The position numbers were made by a program, and so were the translations under genes. Positions 49,685 to 60,322 of a stretch of DNA of 64,000 nucleotides are shown here, piece after piece. The notes under the pieces were generated by a model, which was not told the origin of the DNA, ran no database searches, and saw only the letters and a program-made list of their open reading frames with translations. The stretch comes from Candidatus Poribacteria bacterium. Lineage in GTDB: Bacteria; Poribacteria; WGA-4E; WGA-3G. The DNA is taken from positions 1,024,001-1,088,000 of the forward strand of contig CBDANF010000003.1 in NCBI GenBank assembly GCA_965197475.1, in the 5' to 3' direction. Every line of letters begins with the position of its first letter. The stretch's first letter is position 1.

Positions 49685-50806
49685 ATGGAAACTTTTGATT
49701 CTGACTTGGCACAACGCGTCATCTTTGGCGAAAATAGTATTGAGAAACTTGCTGAATCGACAATCGCGCTCGGCGGCAGTCGTGTCCTAATTGTAACAGA
49801 CCCCGGAATTCAAGAAGCGGGCATCCTCAAACGAGCATATACAGCACTAAACAGTGAGAAGATTCCCTGTTACGTTTTTGCTCATGTTGATCCTAACCCA
49901 ACAACGAAGCACGTTGAAGCTGCCGTTCAATTTGCGAAAGCCAACGCACCGATTGACCTTATTATCGGTCTCGGTGGTGGGAGTGCGATGGATTGTGCTA
50001 AAGGCGCAAATTTTCTGCTAACCAACGGTGGCAAAATGGAGGACTATTGGGGAACGAACAAAGCTACGCAATCAATGCTCCCCTCTATCGGCATTCCGAC
50101 AACTATCGGCACAGGAAGTGAGGCACAATCCTTTGCTCTGATTGCACAAGAAGATACACACATCAAAATGGCATGTGGTGATAAAAAAGCACAATTCAGG
50201 ACGGTGATTTTAGACCCAACGTTAACAGAAACCTTGCCGAGAGTGGTAGCGGCGGTAACAGGGATAGACGCAATCGCCCACGCAATTGAAAGTTTTGTCT
50301 CAACCAGACGCAACCCGATGTCACAAATGTTCTCGCTGCACGCTTGGAAACTGTTAGACGCTAATTTCGAGTTAGCACTTAATACAAAAAATAGCGAAGC
50401 GTGCGGAAAAATGTTGTTTGGTGCTTATCTTGCTGGCGTTGCGATTGAAAATTCTATGCTCGGTGCAGCGCACGCGTGTGCCAATCCGTTGACTGCCAGA
50501 TACGGTATTATCCACGGCATCGCTGTTGCCTTGATGTTACCGAACGTCATTCGATTCAACAAAACGGTCGCAAGTGAATCCTATAGCGAACTCTACCCGG
50601 AAGGAAATTTAGCAGACAGAATTGAAGTTCTAATGCAGACAGGCGATTTACCGAACACACTTCAGGATTGTCCTGTCCAACACCCTATCAGGTCAACTGA
50701 CATCGCCACGTTAGCGAAAGAAGCTGCGGTGCAGTGGACTGTGCAGTTTAACCCACGTTCTTTGCGTATGCATGATTTTATGAGGCTTTATGAGGAAGTT
50801 TTTTGA
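49685..50806 (+). CDS. Iron-containing alcohol dehydrogenase
   Basis: GLGGGSAMD, PTTIGTGSE, DAIAHAIE, HACA..HG. Confidence 0.92.
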   Translation: METFDSDLAQRVIFGENSIEKLAESTIALGGSRVLIVTDPGIQEAGILKRAYTALNSEKIPCYVFAHVDPNPTTKHVEAAVQFAKANAPIDLIIGLGGGSAMDCAKGANFLLTNGGKMEDYWGTNKATQSMLPSIGIPTTIGTGSEAQSFALIAQEDTHIKMACGDKKAQFRTVILDPTLTETLPRVVAAVTGIDAIAHAIESFVSTRRNPMSQMFSLHAWKLLDANFELALNTKNSEACGKMLFGAYLAGVAIENSMLGAAHACANPLTARYGIIHGIAVALMLPNVIRFNKTVASESYSELYPEGNLADRIEVLMQTGDLPNTLQDCPVQHPIRSTDIATLAKEAAVQWTVQFNPRSLRMHDFMRLYEEVF

Positions 50807-51968
50807 AAAATCAGTCTTCAAGTGTACCTATCAGTCCTATGTAGGAATAAGCGTATCTATTTTTATCCTACTGTTCGTCATCGTCCATTTTGCTTTTGGC
50901 AATTGGGCAAGTTTTCGAGGAAATCCACAACTTACGGGTGTCGCTGATTCACAACTTCCTGAAAAGCTTGAGTTGCTCTGGACTTTTCAAGCAGGCGATA
51001 TGATTGAGTCTACCGCCGCAATTGTTGATGATGTTGTGTATGTCGGATCATCGGATGGGTATCTATATGCGATCGACGCGCAAACGGGTAAAGGCACATG
51101 GAAGTATCAGGCAACTGCACTGATAAAATCATCACCTTCTGTTCACAAAGGCGTTATCTACTTTGGTGATGGAGATGGCATTTTTCATGCTGTGGATATT
51201 GCCACTCAAAAAAAGAAATGGCAGTTTAGCACAGAGGGTGAAATCATCTCATCAGCAAATTTTGCTGGCGACCGTGTGTTATTCGGTTCGTATGATGGAT
51301 TTCTCTACTGTCTCAACATAAAAAATGGTGAACTGGTATGGAAATTTGAAACCGAAGGATACGTCCACGGCACCCCCGCAATTTTCGGAAATTTCGTGAT
51401 TGTTACAGGATGTGATAGTTACCTTCGTGTTATCAATATTGATGATGGGACTGAGACACAACAGGTAAACCTTGGCGCGTATGTTGGCGCAAGTCCCGCG
51501 ATTTTAGGTGCGAATACAGATTCTCAAGCTAAGTCTCAAGTTCGCGCGTATTGTGGAACGTACGGTAACGAAGTGTTAGGAATTGACCTCACATCTGGTA
51601 AAATTGCATGGCGGTATGAACATCCGGTGCGTCAACTACCATTTTTTGCTTCAGCTGCCGTAACGGAAAACCTTGTAATTATTGGTGGGCGCGATAAAAT
51701 GGTGCATGCGCTTTCACCAGAAAAAGGCGAACCGCAATGGACTTATACTGCGAAATCCCGCATTGAATCTTCACCGGTCATCGTTGGCAAGCGCGTCTTT
51801 TTTGGGACAACTCGCGGTCTGTTCATCGCCTTGGATATTACCACAGGAGAACTGGCATGGGAATTTGCTATCGGTTCACCTATCGTTGCATCCCCCAGTG
51901 TTGCTGATGGTAGAATATATATCGGAACAGAGGATGGAATCCTCTACTGCTTTGGAGAAAAGAAATAA
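50790..51968 (+). CDS. PQQ-binding-like beta-propeller (BamB-like) exported protein
   Basis: WASFRGN followed by repeated SSP..G.VYFG..DG..YA.D..TG...W blades. Confidence 0.9.
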   Translation: MRKFFEKSVFKCTYQSYVGISVSIFILLFVIVHFAFGNWASFRGNPQLTGVADSQLPEKLELLWTFQAGDMIESTAAIVDDVVYVGSSDGYLYAIDAQTGKGTWKYQATALIKSSPSVHKGVIYFGDGDGIFHAVDIATQKKKWQFSTEGEIISSANFAGDRVLFGSYDGFLYCLNIKNGELVWKFETEGYVHGTPAIFGNFVIVTGCDSYLRVINIDDGTETQQVNLGAYVGASPAILGANTDSQAKSQVRAYCGTYGNEVLGIDLTSGKIAWRYEHPVRQLPFFASAAVTENLVIIGGRDKMVHALSPEKGEPQWTYTAKSRIESSPVIVGKRVFFGTTRGLFIALDITTGELAWEFAIGSPIVASPSVADGRIYIGTEDGILYCFGEKK

Positions 51969-53308
51969 TGTCTAAAACAAAACCGGAACCTGCAACAGCA
52001 GGAATAGAATCAAAACACACAACAGTTGGAAGTGTTTTTGTATCCAACTATCCCCCGTATTCTACATGGAATGATTCAACCGTTCCAGATGTGCACCGTG
52101 TCCTGGCTGAACAACCGCGTCCTGATGCCACGCTTGGACTTTATCTGCACATTCCGTTCTGTCGCAAACGTTGTAAATTCTGCTATTTTCGAGTATATAC
52201 CGACAAAAACAGTTCAGAAATTGACACGTACCTCAACGCGCTGGCGAAAGAGGTGGAACTATACAGCAGACAACCTGCAATTGCGGGAAGACCTTTGCGG
52301 TTTGTCTATTTCGGTGGTGGCACCCCCTCTTATATTAGTGTCAAGCATTTGACTACCTTAGTAGACAGGATCAAAAAGGTCATGCCATGGGATGCTGCCG
52401 AAGAGATCGCATTTGAATGTGAACCCGGCACGTTAACGCAAAAGAAATTAGAAGCCATAAAAGCAATCGGTGTAACCCGATTGAGTCTGGGTGTCGAGAA
52501 TTTGAATGACGAGATTCTTGCTGAAAACGGCAGAGCACACCTCTCAAAAGAGGTATACCGAATTGATCCTTGGATAAAGCAATTGGCATTCGATCAGGTT
52601 AACATTGACCTCATCTCAGGTATGATTGGGGAAACATGGGATAGTTGGCGCGAGACGGTGCGTAAGACAATTGAACTTGATCCCGACAGCATTACCGTCT
52701 ATCAGCTTGAGCTGCCCTTCAACACCGTCTATTCCAAAGACATTCTTGGAGGAGATGCATTGCCTGTTGCAGATTGGAAACTGAAGCGAGAATGGCATCA
52801 ATACGCTTTTGAGCAATTTGCGCAAGTCGGTTACGCACAATCAAGTGCTTACACAGTGCTAAAAAAAGACAAACCGTGTCAGTTTGTGTATCGTGATGCA
52901 GTCTGGCAGGGAAGCGATATGATAGGCACAGGCGTTGCATCATTTTCGCATCTCAGTGGGATTCATTTCCAAAATGCACCGTCATGGGGAGACTATCTCA
53001 GTAATCTTGAGGAAGATAAACTGCCTATCTGCCGTGCGCTGAAACCTACGGAATCGGAAAAATTGACGCGAGAGATGATTCTGCAACTCAAACTCGGAAA
53101 AATAAAGCCGTCCTATTTTCAAACCAAGTTCAACGCAGATATTCTAACACTTTATGCCGATGCTTATGAAAAACTGCAAAATGAAGGTATGTTGCGCTTT
53201 AACGCTGCTTCAGATGAGATCCAATTAACACAGCGCGGATTGCTGCAAGTTGACGGTCTTCTCCCTGCGTTCTACGCCCCAAAATACCAGAATACGCGAT
53301 ATACTTAG
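51968..53308 (+). CDS. HemN-like radical SAM enzyme
   Basis: YLHIPFCRKRCKFCYF, FGGGTPS, RLSLGV, NIDLI. Confidence 0.9.
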   Translation: MSKTKPEPATAGIESKHTTVGSVFVSNYPPYSTWNDSTVPDVHRVLAEQPRPDATLGLYLHIPFCRKRCKFCYFRVYTDKNSSEIDTYLNALAKEVELYSRQPAIAGRPLRFVYFGGGTPSYISVKHLTTLVDRIKKVMPWDAAEEIAFECEPGTLTQKKLEAIKAIGVTRLSLGVENLNDEILAENGRAHLSKEVYRIDPWIKQLAFDQVNIDLISGMIGETWDSWRETVRKTIELDPDSITVYQLELPFNTVYSKDILGGDALPVADWKLKREWHQYAFEQFAQVGYAQSSAYTVLKKDKPCQFVYRDAVWQGSDMIGTGVASFSHLSGIHFQNAPSWGDYLSNLEEDKLPICRALKPTESEKLTREMILQLKLGKIKPSYFQTKFNADILTLYADAYEKLQNEGMLRFNAASDEIQLTQRGLLQVDGLLPAFYAPKYQNTRYT

Positions 53309-53373
53309 AAGAATTAAATTCAGGAATTTGAGATAATCTATCAAAACTAGTCTCTGCCACTGAAGGAACAAAT

Positions 53374-53610
53374 ATGAATACTAAATTTATCGAATGTCAT
53401 CCCTCAATTATGATGGGTAAACCTGTTATTGCTGGCACTCGCATTCCTATTGAGTTAATTTTGGAAAAGTTTGCAGCAGGTGAGACAATTGAGCAATTGC
53501 TTGAGGAATATCCTCGTTTAACTCGCGAAGGCGTGCATGCAGCGTTTTATTTTGCAGCACAAGCTCTTCGTGCCGATGTTGTCTATCCAATCCTTGAAGA
53601 GACTCAATGA
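53374..53610 (+). CDS. DUF433 antitoxin
   Basis: PSIMMGKPVIAGTRIP..GETIEQLLEEYPRL. Confidence 0.92.
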   Translation: MNTKFIECHPSIMMGKPVIAGTRIPIELILEKFAAGETIEQLLEEYPRLTREGVHAAFYFAAQALRADVVYPILEETQ

Positions 53611-53960
53611 ATTTAGTAGCAGACGAAAGTATTGGTAAGTCAATTGTGGCAGAACTTCGACGCAATGGTCACAACGTATTATACATTGCGAAGTTTGCCC
53701 CAAGTATTGATGATGAAACGGTGCTGTATCAAGCCAACCAAAACCGTGCCCTGCTGCTTACCGAAGATAAAGACTTTGGTGAGCTTGTCTACCGCCAAGG
53801 ACAAGTACACATGGGCATAGTACTTATTCGTCTTGCTGGTTTATCTCCACAAGCAAAAGCAAAAAGCATCTCAACAGTCTTTGCAGATCACGGACACGAA
53901 TTACTGCAAGCTTTTAGCGTTATCTCACCAGGAAGGGTTAGAATTCGTCAACTTCCTTAG
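53607..53960 (+). CDS. DUF5615 PIN-like toxin
   Basis: VADES, DDETVL, LLTEDKDFGEL, RVRIRQL; ATGA overlap with DUF433. Confidence 0.9.
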   Translation: MNLVADESIGKSIVAELRRNGHNVLYIAKFAPSIDDETVLYQANQNRALLLTEDKDFGELVYRQGQVHMGIVLIRLAGLSPQAKAKSISTVFADHGHELLQAFSVISPGRVRIRQLP

Positions 53961-54021
53961 TGATTAGACCTATACCAACCAATTTTAATCATCAGTTGCG
54001 TTAAACTATAATCTCAAAAGC

Positions 54022-55272
54022 ATGGATACAAAAACACAATTTCACCGTCTCCGCGAGATGATCGCCAAGGTATTAGAGACAAACGCCTTCTACAAGCAAA
54101 AACTCACCGAAGCCGGAATTATACATCCAAGCGATATCCAAACGTTTGCTGATTACCAGCAGACACCCTTTACCACAAAAGACGAACTCAGTGCTGATCA
54201 AGTATCTCATCCACCTTACGGCACAAATCTTACTTTTCCACTTGAGCAATACACCTGCCTACATCAGACCTCAGGCACAACGGGTTCACCCTTGCGATGG
54301 TTAGACACAAGAGAATCGTGGGACTGGTGGGGAAAGTGCTGGAGAGATATTTATACTGCTGCAGGCGTGACATCAGATGATCGTCTCATGATGACCTTCT
54401 CGTTCGGTCCGTTTATAGGTTTCTGGAGTGCTTATCATGGGGCACAACAGCTCGGCGCGCTCACAATTGCAAATGGCGGATTAACTTCGGATCAGCGGAT
54501 ACGTGCAATCCTAAGTAATGATGTAACAGTGGTAATTTGCACACCAACCTATGCGTTGCGACTCGCCGAAGTCGCTGAACAAGAGGGTGTTAACCTCAAC
54601 ACAGACTCTAAAGTTAGGATAACAATCCACGCTGGCGAACCCGGTGCAAGTTTACCTGCAACAAAACAGCGTATTGAGGATCGTTGGGGCGCGCGTGCTT
54701 ACGACCATGCAGGGGCAACCGAAGTTGGCGCGTGGGGTGTTATGTGCAGACCACAAGCAGGAGTCCACCTCAACGAAGATGAGTTTATCTGTGAAGTGCT
54801 TGATCCTGAAACGGGTAATCCGTCAGACGAAGGGGAGTTAGTCATCACAAATTTAGGTCGGATCGGTATGCCGGTGATTCGCTATCGTACAGGTGATTAT
54901 GTTAAACTCAAATCGGCACCATGCGAATGTGGTAGTCAGCACCGCACCCTTGATGGTGGTGTCATCGGACGGTTAGACAATGCTATTATCATTCGCGGTT
55001 TGAATGTATATCCTGCTACGATTGAAAACATTATCCTTAAGTTTCCGGATGTAACTGAATTCGCTGTTCGTGCCTACCGAACAGAAACGCTTGATGAACT
55101 TGAAATTCAGATTGAAACTACAAACTTGAAACATGGTGATACTGCAACTGCTGTTAGCAACGCTATTCGGAATGCTTTAGGTTTACGCACAATCGTAAAA
55201 GCAGTACCGCCTGGATCTCTACCGAGATATGAGCTCAAATCAAAGCGATTCACCGATGAGCGTTACTTGTAA
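54022..55272 (+). CDS. Phenylacetate-CoA ligase (PaaK)-family protein
   Basis: PFTTK, TSGTTG, AGEPG, HAGATE, RYRTGD, GRLD. Confidence 0.88.
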   Translation: MDTKTQFHRLREMIAKVLETNAFYKQKLTEAGIIHPSDIQTFADYQQTPFTTKDELSADQVSHPPYGTNLTFPLEQYTCLHQTSGTTGSPLRWLDTRESWDWWGKCWRDIYTAAGVTSDDRLMMTFSFGPFIGFWSAYHGAQQLGALTIANGGLTSDQRIRAILSNDVTVVICTPTYALRLAEVAEQEGVNLNTDSKVRITIHAGEPGASLPATKQRIEDRWGARAYDHAGATEVGAWGVMCRPQAGVHLNEDEFICEVLDPETGNPSDEGELVITNLGRIGMPVIRYRTGDYVKLKSAPCECGSQHRTLDGGVIGRLDNAIIIRGLNVYPATIENIILKFPDVTEFAVRAYRTETLDELEIQIETTNLKHGDTATAVSNAIRNALGLRTIVKAVPPGSLPRYELKSKRFTDERYL

Positions 55273-55329
55273 TGAGAAGTATTTTCCTTGACAACTCAAA
55301 CCTTGAAAGGCTATAATTATTTAGAGTTG

Positions 55330-55545
55330 ATGACTAAAATGGTAGGCTATGAACTTGATGAAATTCACAGGATCCGCCGAGAAATCTTTGAGAAGTTCAA
55401 CTAGGATATTGACAAACTAGTAGCGCACTATGAAAAATAAGATGAAGAATTTCAGAAGTCTGGCGGATACAAGTTTGTGGATCCACTACCAGAAAAACCA
55501 ACACCCACGAAAACGGAAAATGGAAAAGCGCAGATTAAGTTTGTG
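55330..55545 (+). pseudogene. Small antitoxin-like gene remnant
   Basis: MTKMVGYELDEIHRIRREIFEKFN*DIDKLVAHYEK*DEE... behind a TTGACA-18-TATAAT promoter (55288-55317). Confidence 0.5.
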
Positions 55546-55661
55546 GTTTTACTCAATAACTCGGAAACGTATTTGTTATAATATTTGCGTTGATTCGAAA
55601 AAATCCCAATTTATGGATGCGCTTTTGTAAGTGTAATTTGAAAAATGTTAGGAGAATTATA

Positions 55662-55931
55662 ATGCAATACACCGATGATACATCTGAAGTTATCGCCGAG
55701 CACGGTGAAGCACTCTATCAGCAAAAAATACGTGACAAAGTTGAATCAGCATACAAAGGAAAGTTCTTAGCGATTGACATTGAAACGGGTGACTATGCAA
55801 TTGCTGATGAAGATTTGGTAGCTACAGACCGTCTTCTTGCGAAACGTCCTAATGCTACTGTCTATGGTCTACGAATCGGATTTCCCACCGCCTATCGAAT
55901 CGGTTTTAAGATTTCGGTTTCAACACAATGA
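55662..55931 (+). CDS. Small hypothetical protein (partner of aspartic protease gene)
   Basis: AGGAG RBS; GEALYQQKIR..GKFLAIDIETGDY; ATGA overlap with the next gene. Confidence 0.75.
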   Translation: MQYTDDTSEVIAEHGEALYQQKIRDKVESAYKGKFLAIDIETGDYAIADEDLVATDRLLAKRPNATVYGLRIGFPTAYRIGFKISVSTQ

Positions 55932-56286
55932 TTTTAGGGAAAATCACAGAGAATCAAGAAGCTATCATTGAATTGGAAGTTGTTGACTCAAATTGGCAGG
56001 AGAAAATTAAAGTTGCCATTGACATAGGCTTTGATGGTTATTTGACACTACCTCTTAATTTAATAAACCGTCTTAAGCTCCGACGGACTGGGCATAGACA
56101 AGCGATGGGAATATGGTAGTCTTTGAGTTGTACCGTGCGAATGTGTTATGGCATGGCACAGAACTCGAAGTGCCTGTTCTGCGTACAGACGGTGGGCCGT
56201 TAGTTGGAATGGCACTGTAAAACGGAAATCGTGTTACATTAGATGTTATAAAAGATGGAGATGTCAAGATTGAAGTTTTGACCTAA
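55928..56286 (+). pseudogene. Clan AA aspartic protease pseudogene
   Basis: AIDIGFDG (DTG motif altered), frameshift near 56103, then DGNMVVFELY..PLVGMAL*NG with an internal stop. Confidence 0.8.
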
Positions 56287-56417
56287 GTTGTAACGAAGAT
56301 CGCATCTGGTTAGCGAATCTACCACGAGAAAAGCCAGAACTCACGAAAACGGTAGACGAAAAATCAGAAAATTAATTTGTGAATTTTCCGTTTCAGGAAA
56401 CTGTAGCTAAAACTATA

Positions 56418-59400
56418 ATGTCAAAACTTTTAGACGGATTAAACCCTTTACAACGAGAAGCTGTTACACATAAATTAGGTCCCCTCTTAATTATTGCAGG
56501 ACCCGGATCAGGTAAAACGCGGACAGTTGTTCATTCTATCGCTTACGCCATAGAAAATGGGGTGATGCCTGAATGGATTTTGGCGTTTAGTTTCACCGTG
56601 AAAGCTTGTAAGGAGTTGAGAAATCGAGTAAAAGAAATTGTGGGAAAAGAAAAAGGAGATATCGTTAATATATCTACATTTCATAGTCTCTGTCGGCAGG
56701 TTTTAAAAGAAGATATTGATAGACTCAATAGAAGTTACGTACGGGATTTTAAATCATTAGACGAAAATGGTCAGATAAAAATTGTTAAACAGTTAACGCG
56801 CACTAATGAACAGCGGGTGCGCGCCGAGATTGAGTATATACAATCTCATGAATTTCCTAATCCTGGCGAGATTCTTAATTTTACAAAAAAATGCAAAGCG
56901 AGAGAAATTAGTCCATCGGATGCTGCTCCTCATGCCCCTGAGCTTCACATGTCGGAGGTTTATGTAGAGATTTACGAACTTTATGAACAGCGTCTTCAGT
57001 ATGAGGGATGGATTGATTACGAGAGCCAGCAGATTTTCACTAATGAACTTTTTAGAAATGTCCCAGAAGTTAAGACTAAATGGCAAAATAGGTTTAAACT
57101 TATTTTCGTTGATGAATACCAAGACACTGACCCTATTCAATATCGAATTGTAAAAACTCTGGCAGAATCCCATCAGAATTTGCGGGTTGTTGGTGATGAT
57201 GACCAAGGGATTTACGGATGGCGGGGAGCTGACATCCAAAATATATTAAACTTTGAGAAAGACTATCAGCACGCTAAGGTAATTTCGCTCGGACAAAACT
57301 ATCGTTCGACAAAGAACATAGTTGCGGCATCCCGTGCTTTAGCGGACTTTAATCCAGATAGGCGAGATAAAGAACTGTTTACGCGGAACTTTGAAGGTAA
57401 GAAAGTAAAACACCTCCACTGTGAAAGTGATGAAGAAGAAGCTTCTACTATTGCGACCTTTGTCCATCGTGCTATTGATCAAGGCGGTCAATCTCCAAGC
57501 GATTTTGCTGTGCTATACCGCACCAAAAAACAAGCAGACGTTTTTAAAAACGCTTTCAAAGAGTTAGGAATTCGGTATCATATAGTTCCGGACTCTTCAG
57601 ATACGAACACAACTGGTGTATCTATGCTGACAATCCATAAATCCAAAGGTTTGGAATTTCCTAACGTGTTTGTTGTAGGTATATGTGAAGAGTTATTACC
57701 CCATTATTACAGTAGGGATGAAAAAGATTGGGATGAGGAACTCCGACTACTTTACGTGGCGATGACTCGAGCGAAAAACTGGTTATGTTTATCTTCTTAT
57801 GAAAAAGACGGGTACAAACAGCGCGGACAATCCCCATTCTTGAAACGCAAGTACATCCCAGCAAACCTTCTTGAATCCATATCAACGCTACAGGATACCC
57901 AGATACCACCAGCACCTGAGGAGATGAACGCTCCTCAGGAACCATTCAACTATATTGAGCCGCTTCCTGAGCAACTACTTGGGGATGGCATGACTGTCAT
58001 CGGCGTTGACCCTGGAAATATTGGTACTCGGAATACAAATGTAGGTTGGTCAGTTACGCAAAAAACCTCTGATGGATATTCTGTTCTTCGCTTTGGCACT
58101 GAGAGACCTACAGGAACTCCAGAAAACAAACTTAGACAGATAGAACGGAAAATAAATGCGTTGATACAGTCCCCATCAAATCGACCGTATGCTATTGCAG
58201 TTGAGAAACTTGAAGTTGCAACAGAGGAAGCGAGAAGGGAATGGTTCTTGTATGTCGCGGCGTGTGTAGCAACTGTAAGAAGTATCGCTGACAAGGAGGG
58301 CATAGAATGTCGATCTATACGCCGCAGCACGTTAAATATGCTGCTACGGACAATAGAAAGGCATCTAAGGAAGATGTCCAGAAGGCTGTCAAGCGAATGT
58401 GTAACCTCCAGCAAATTCCAGAACCACATCATTCTGCGGATGCAATCGCGACAAGTCTTTGCTACCTCAGAAGTTATCTAAACTCTTCCCGCTTTGAAGG
58501 CAATAAACGAAAAATGGAACGGTATGAAACGGGTTGTGATTACATAGACAAAAGACAATTTGATGCAGCAATTGATGAATTCATGGAAACACTATACATA
58601 GATCCTATTTATACAGATGCGTACGTCGGCAAGGGTCGTGTACACCTTGCACAAAACAATATTGAAGCAGCAGAAAACACAGCTGAAAAAGCCTTAAGAC
58701 TTACAGATAATTTTCATCCAGATTCACAGAAGCTATTGAATGCTATAAGAAAATACCACTCTGGCTGTAGTTCCTTGAAAAATAGCGAATGGAATATTGC
58801 GATAGACAACTTCAAGGAATCTATAAACCAAGAACCTATTTTTACTGAAGCACACTGTGGACTCAGTCAGGCATACCTTAATGTAGGTAATCTGGAAGTT
58901 GCCAGAAATGCAGCCGAAGAAGCCTTAAGACTCATAAATGACTATCAACCTGCCCGGGAACTTTTGGTTGAGATAAAAATGAGACATTACAACAATGGCA
59001 AGATTTGCTTCAATCGTGAAGAATATCAACAAGCAATATTTGAATTTCATAATGCAGTGGATATTGACCAAGATTTTAAGGGTGCTCATCGGTTCATTGG
59101 TGAGGTATATTTGAAATTGGTTGAACTTGATAAAGCAGAAAAAAGCGTAAGGGAAGCATTACGGATTGATTCTACCTATCAACAAGCCCATGAACTTTTA
59201 AAAAAAATTAAATATAAACACAAAGAGCAAGGAGATGTACATCAGAAAAGAAATGCCTATTCTGATGCAGTAAAATCTTATGAACATGCAATAAGAATTG
59301 ATGATAAATATAGAAATGCCTATAACAGCCTTGGTATTGTTTATAGAAAAATGAAGGAATATAACAAATCAATAAGTGCTTATCAGAAAGCAATAAACAT

Positions 59401-60220
59401 TGATGAAAGTTGTCATGTAGTCAATACTAATCTCAGCATTGTTTATCTCGATATTAGTGAATACTCTAAGGCAGTAAAATCACTAAAACGTGCAATTACG
59501 ATTAAACCCGATTATCAAGTCGCATACTATTACCTAGCTAGTACTTACTTCAAAATGGAAAATCTAACAGAGGCAAGTGAAACAGTGCTTGAGGCTTTAA
59601 GGCTTGATTCCAATGATCCGTTCACTCTTAAACTTGTAATGAATATCCAGGACACTTATTTGAAACAAGGTCAAGATTCTTTTAATCAGGAGAATCTCGC
59701 TGCAGCAGAAAATGAAGCACGGAAGGCATTACGACTTGATCCAAACTATGAGCATGCAACCTGTCTTATGGTCTCTATAAAAGAAGAATATTATAGGCGT
59801 GGTTCAACATCTCTTAAACAGAACGAATGGATACCAGCAGAAACATGTGCAAAAGAAGCATTGAGAATTGACCCAAACTATCAACTTGCATCTGACCTCT
59901 TAAAACAAACGTATTATGAACAAGGCGTTAATCATATAAAAAACAACAGATATGTAGAAGGTATAAACATACTTCAAAAAGCAAACAATATCAGGACAAA
60001 TTGTGAAAAAACGTACTATAATCTTGGATGGGCTTACTACAAACTGAGCAGATTGAAAGAAGCACAGCTATCGGTCAAACAAGCATTATCAATTGAACCA
60101 AATTATCTTCAGGCCAATGCACTTCTGTCTGAGATAAATCATCCCCGCAATTGGTTGAAATTAGGAGTGGCAAATGTGCGACATTTTACCCGTAGGATAT
60201 TAAAACTGAATCAGGATTGA
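56418..60220 (+). CDS. UvrD/PcrA-like helicase - RuvC - TPR fusion split by a 1-nt frameshift near 58314
   Basis: AGPGSGKT, DEYQD, GDDDQ, QNYRS, TIHKSKGLEF, RLLYVAMTRA; RuvC VIGVDPG, IAVE, then YTPQHVK..ASKEDVQ..HHSADAIA in the second frame; long TPR array. Confidence 0.8.
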
Positions 60221-60322
60221 AGGAAAATGAAATTAGATACTGGACATCCAATTGATATTGACAATTCTGATCAAGTCTCTAATCGTTGAAACTCAGAATT
60301 ACAATTTGCACAGAAAACAAAA

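Noticed and set aside
58300-58330. Programmed ribosomal frameshift in the RuvC domain
   Set aside because: No slippery heptamer or homopolymer at the site; an indel or assembly error is more parsimonious.
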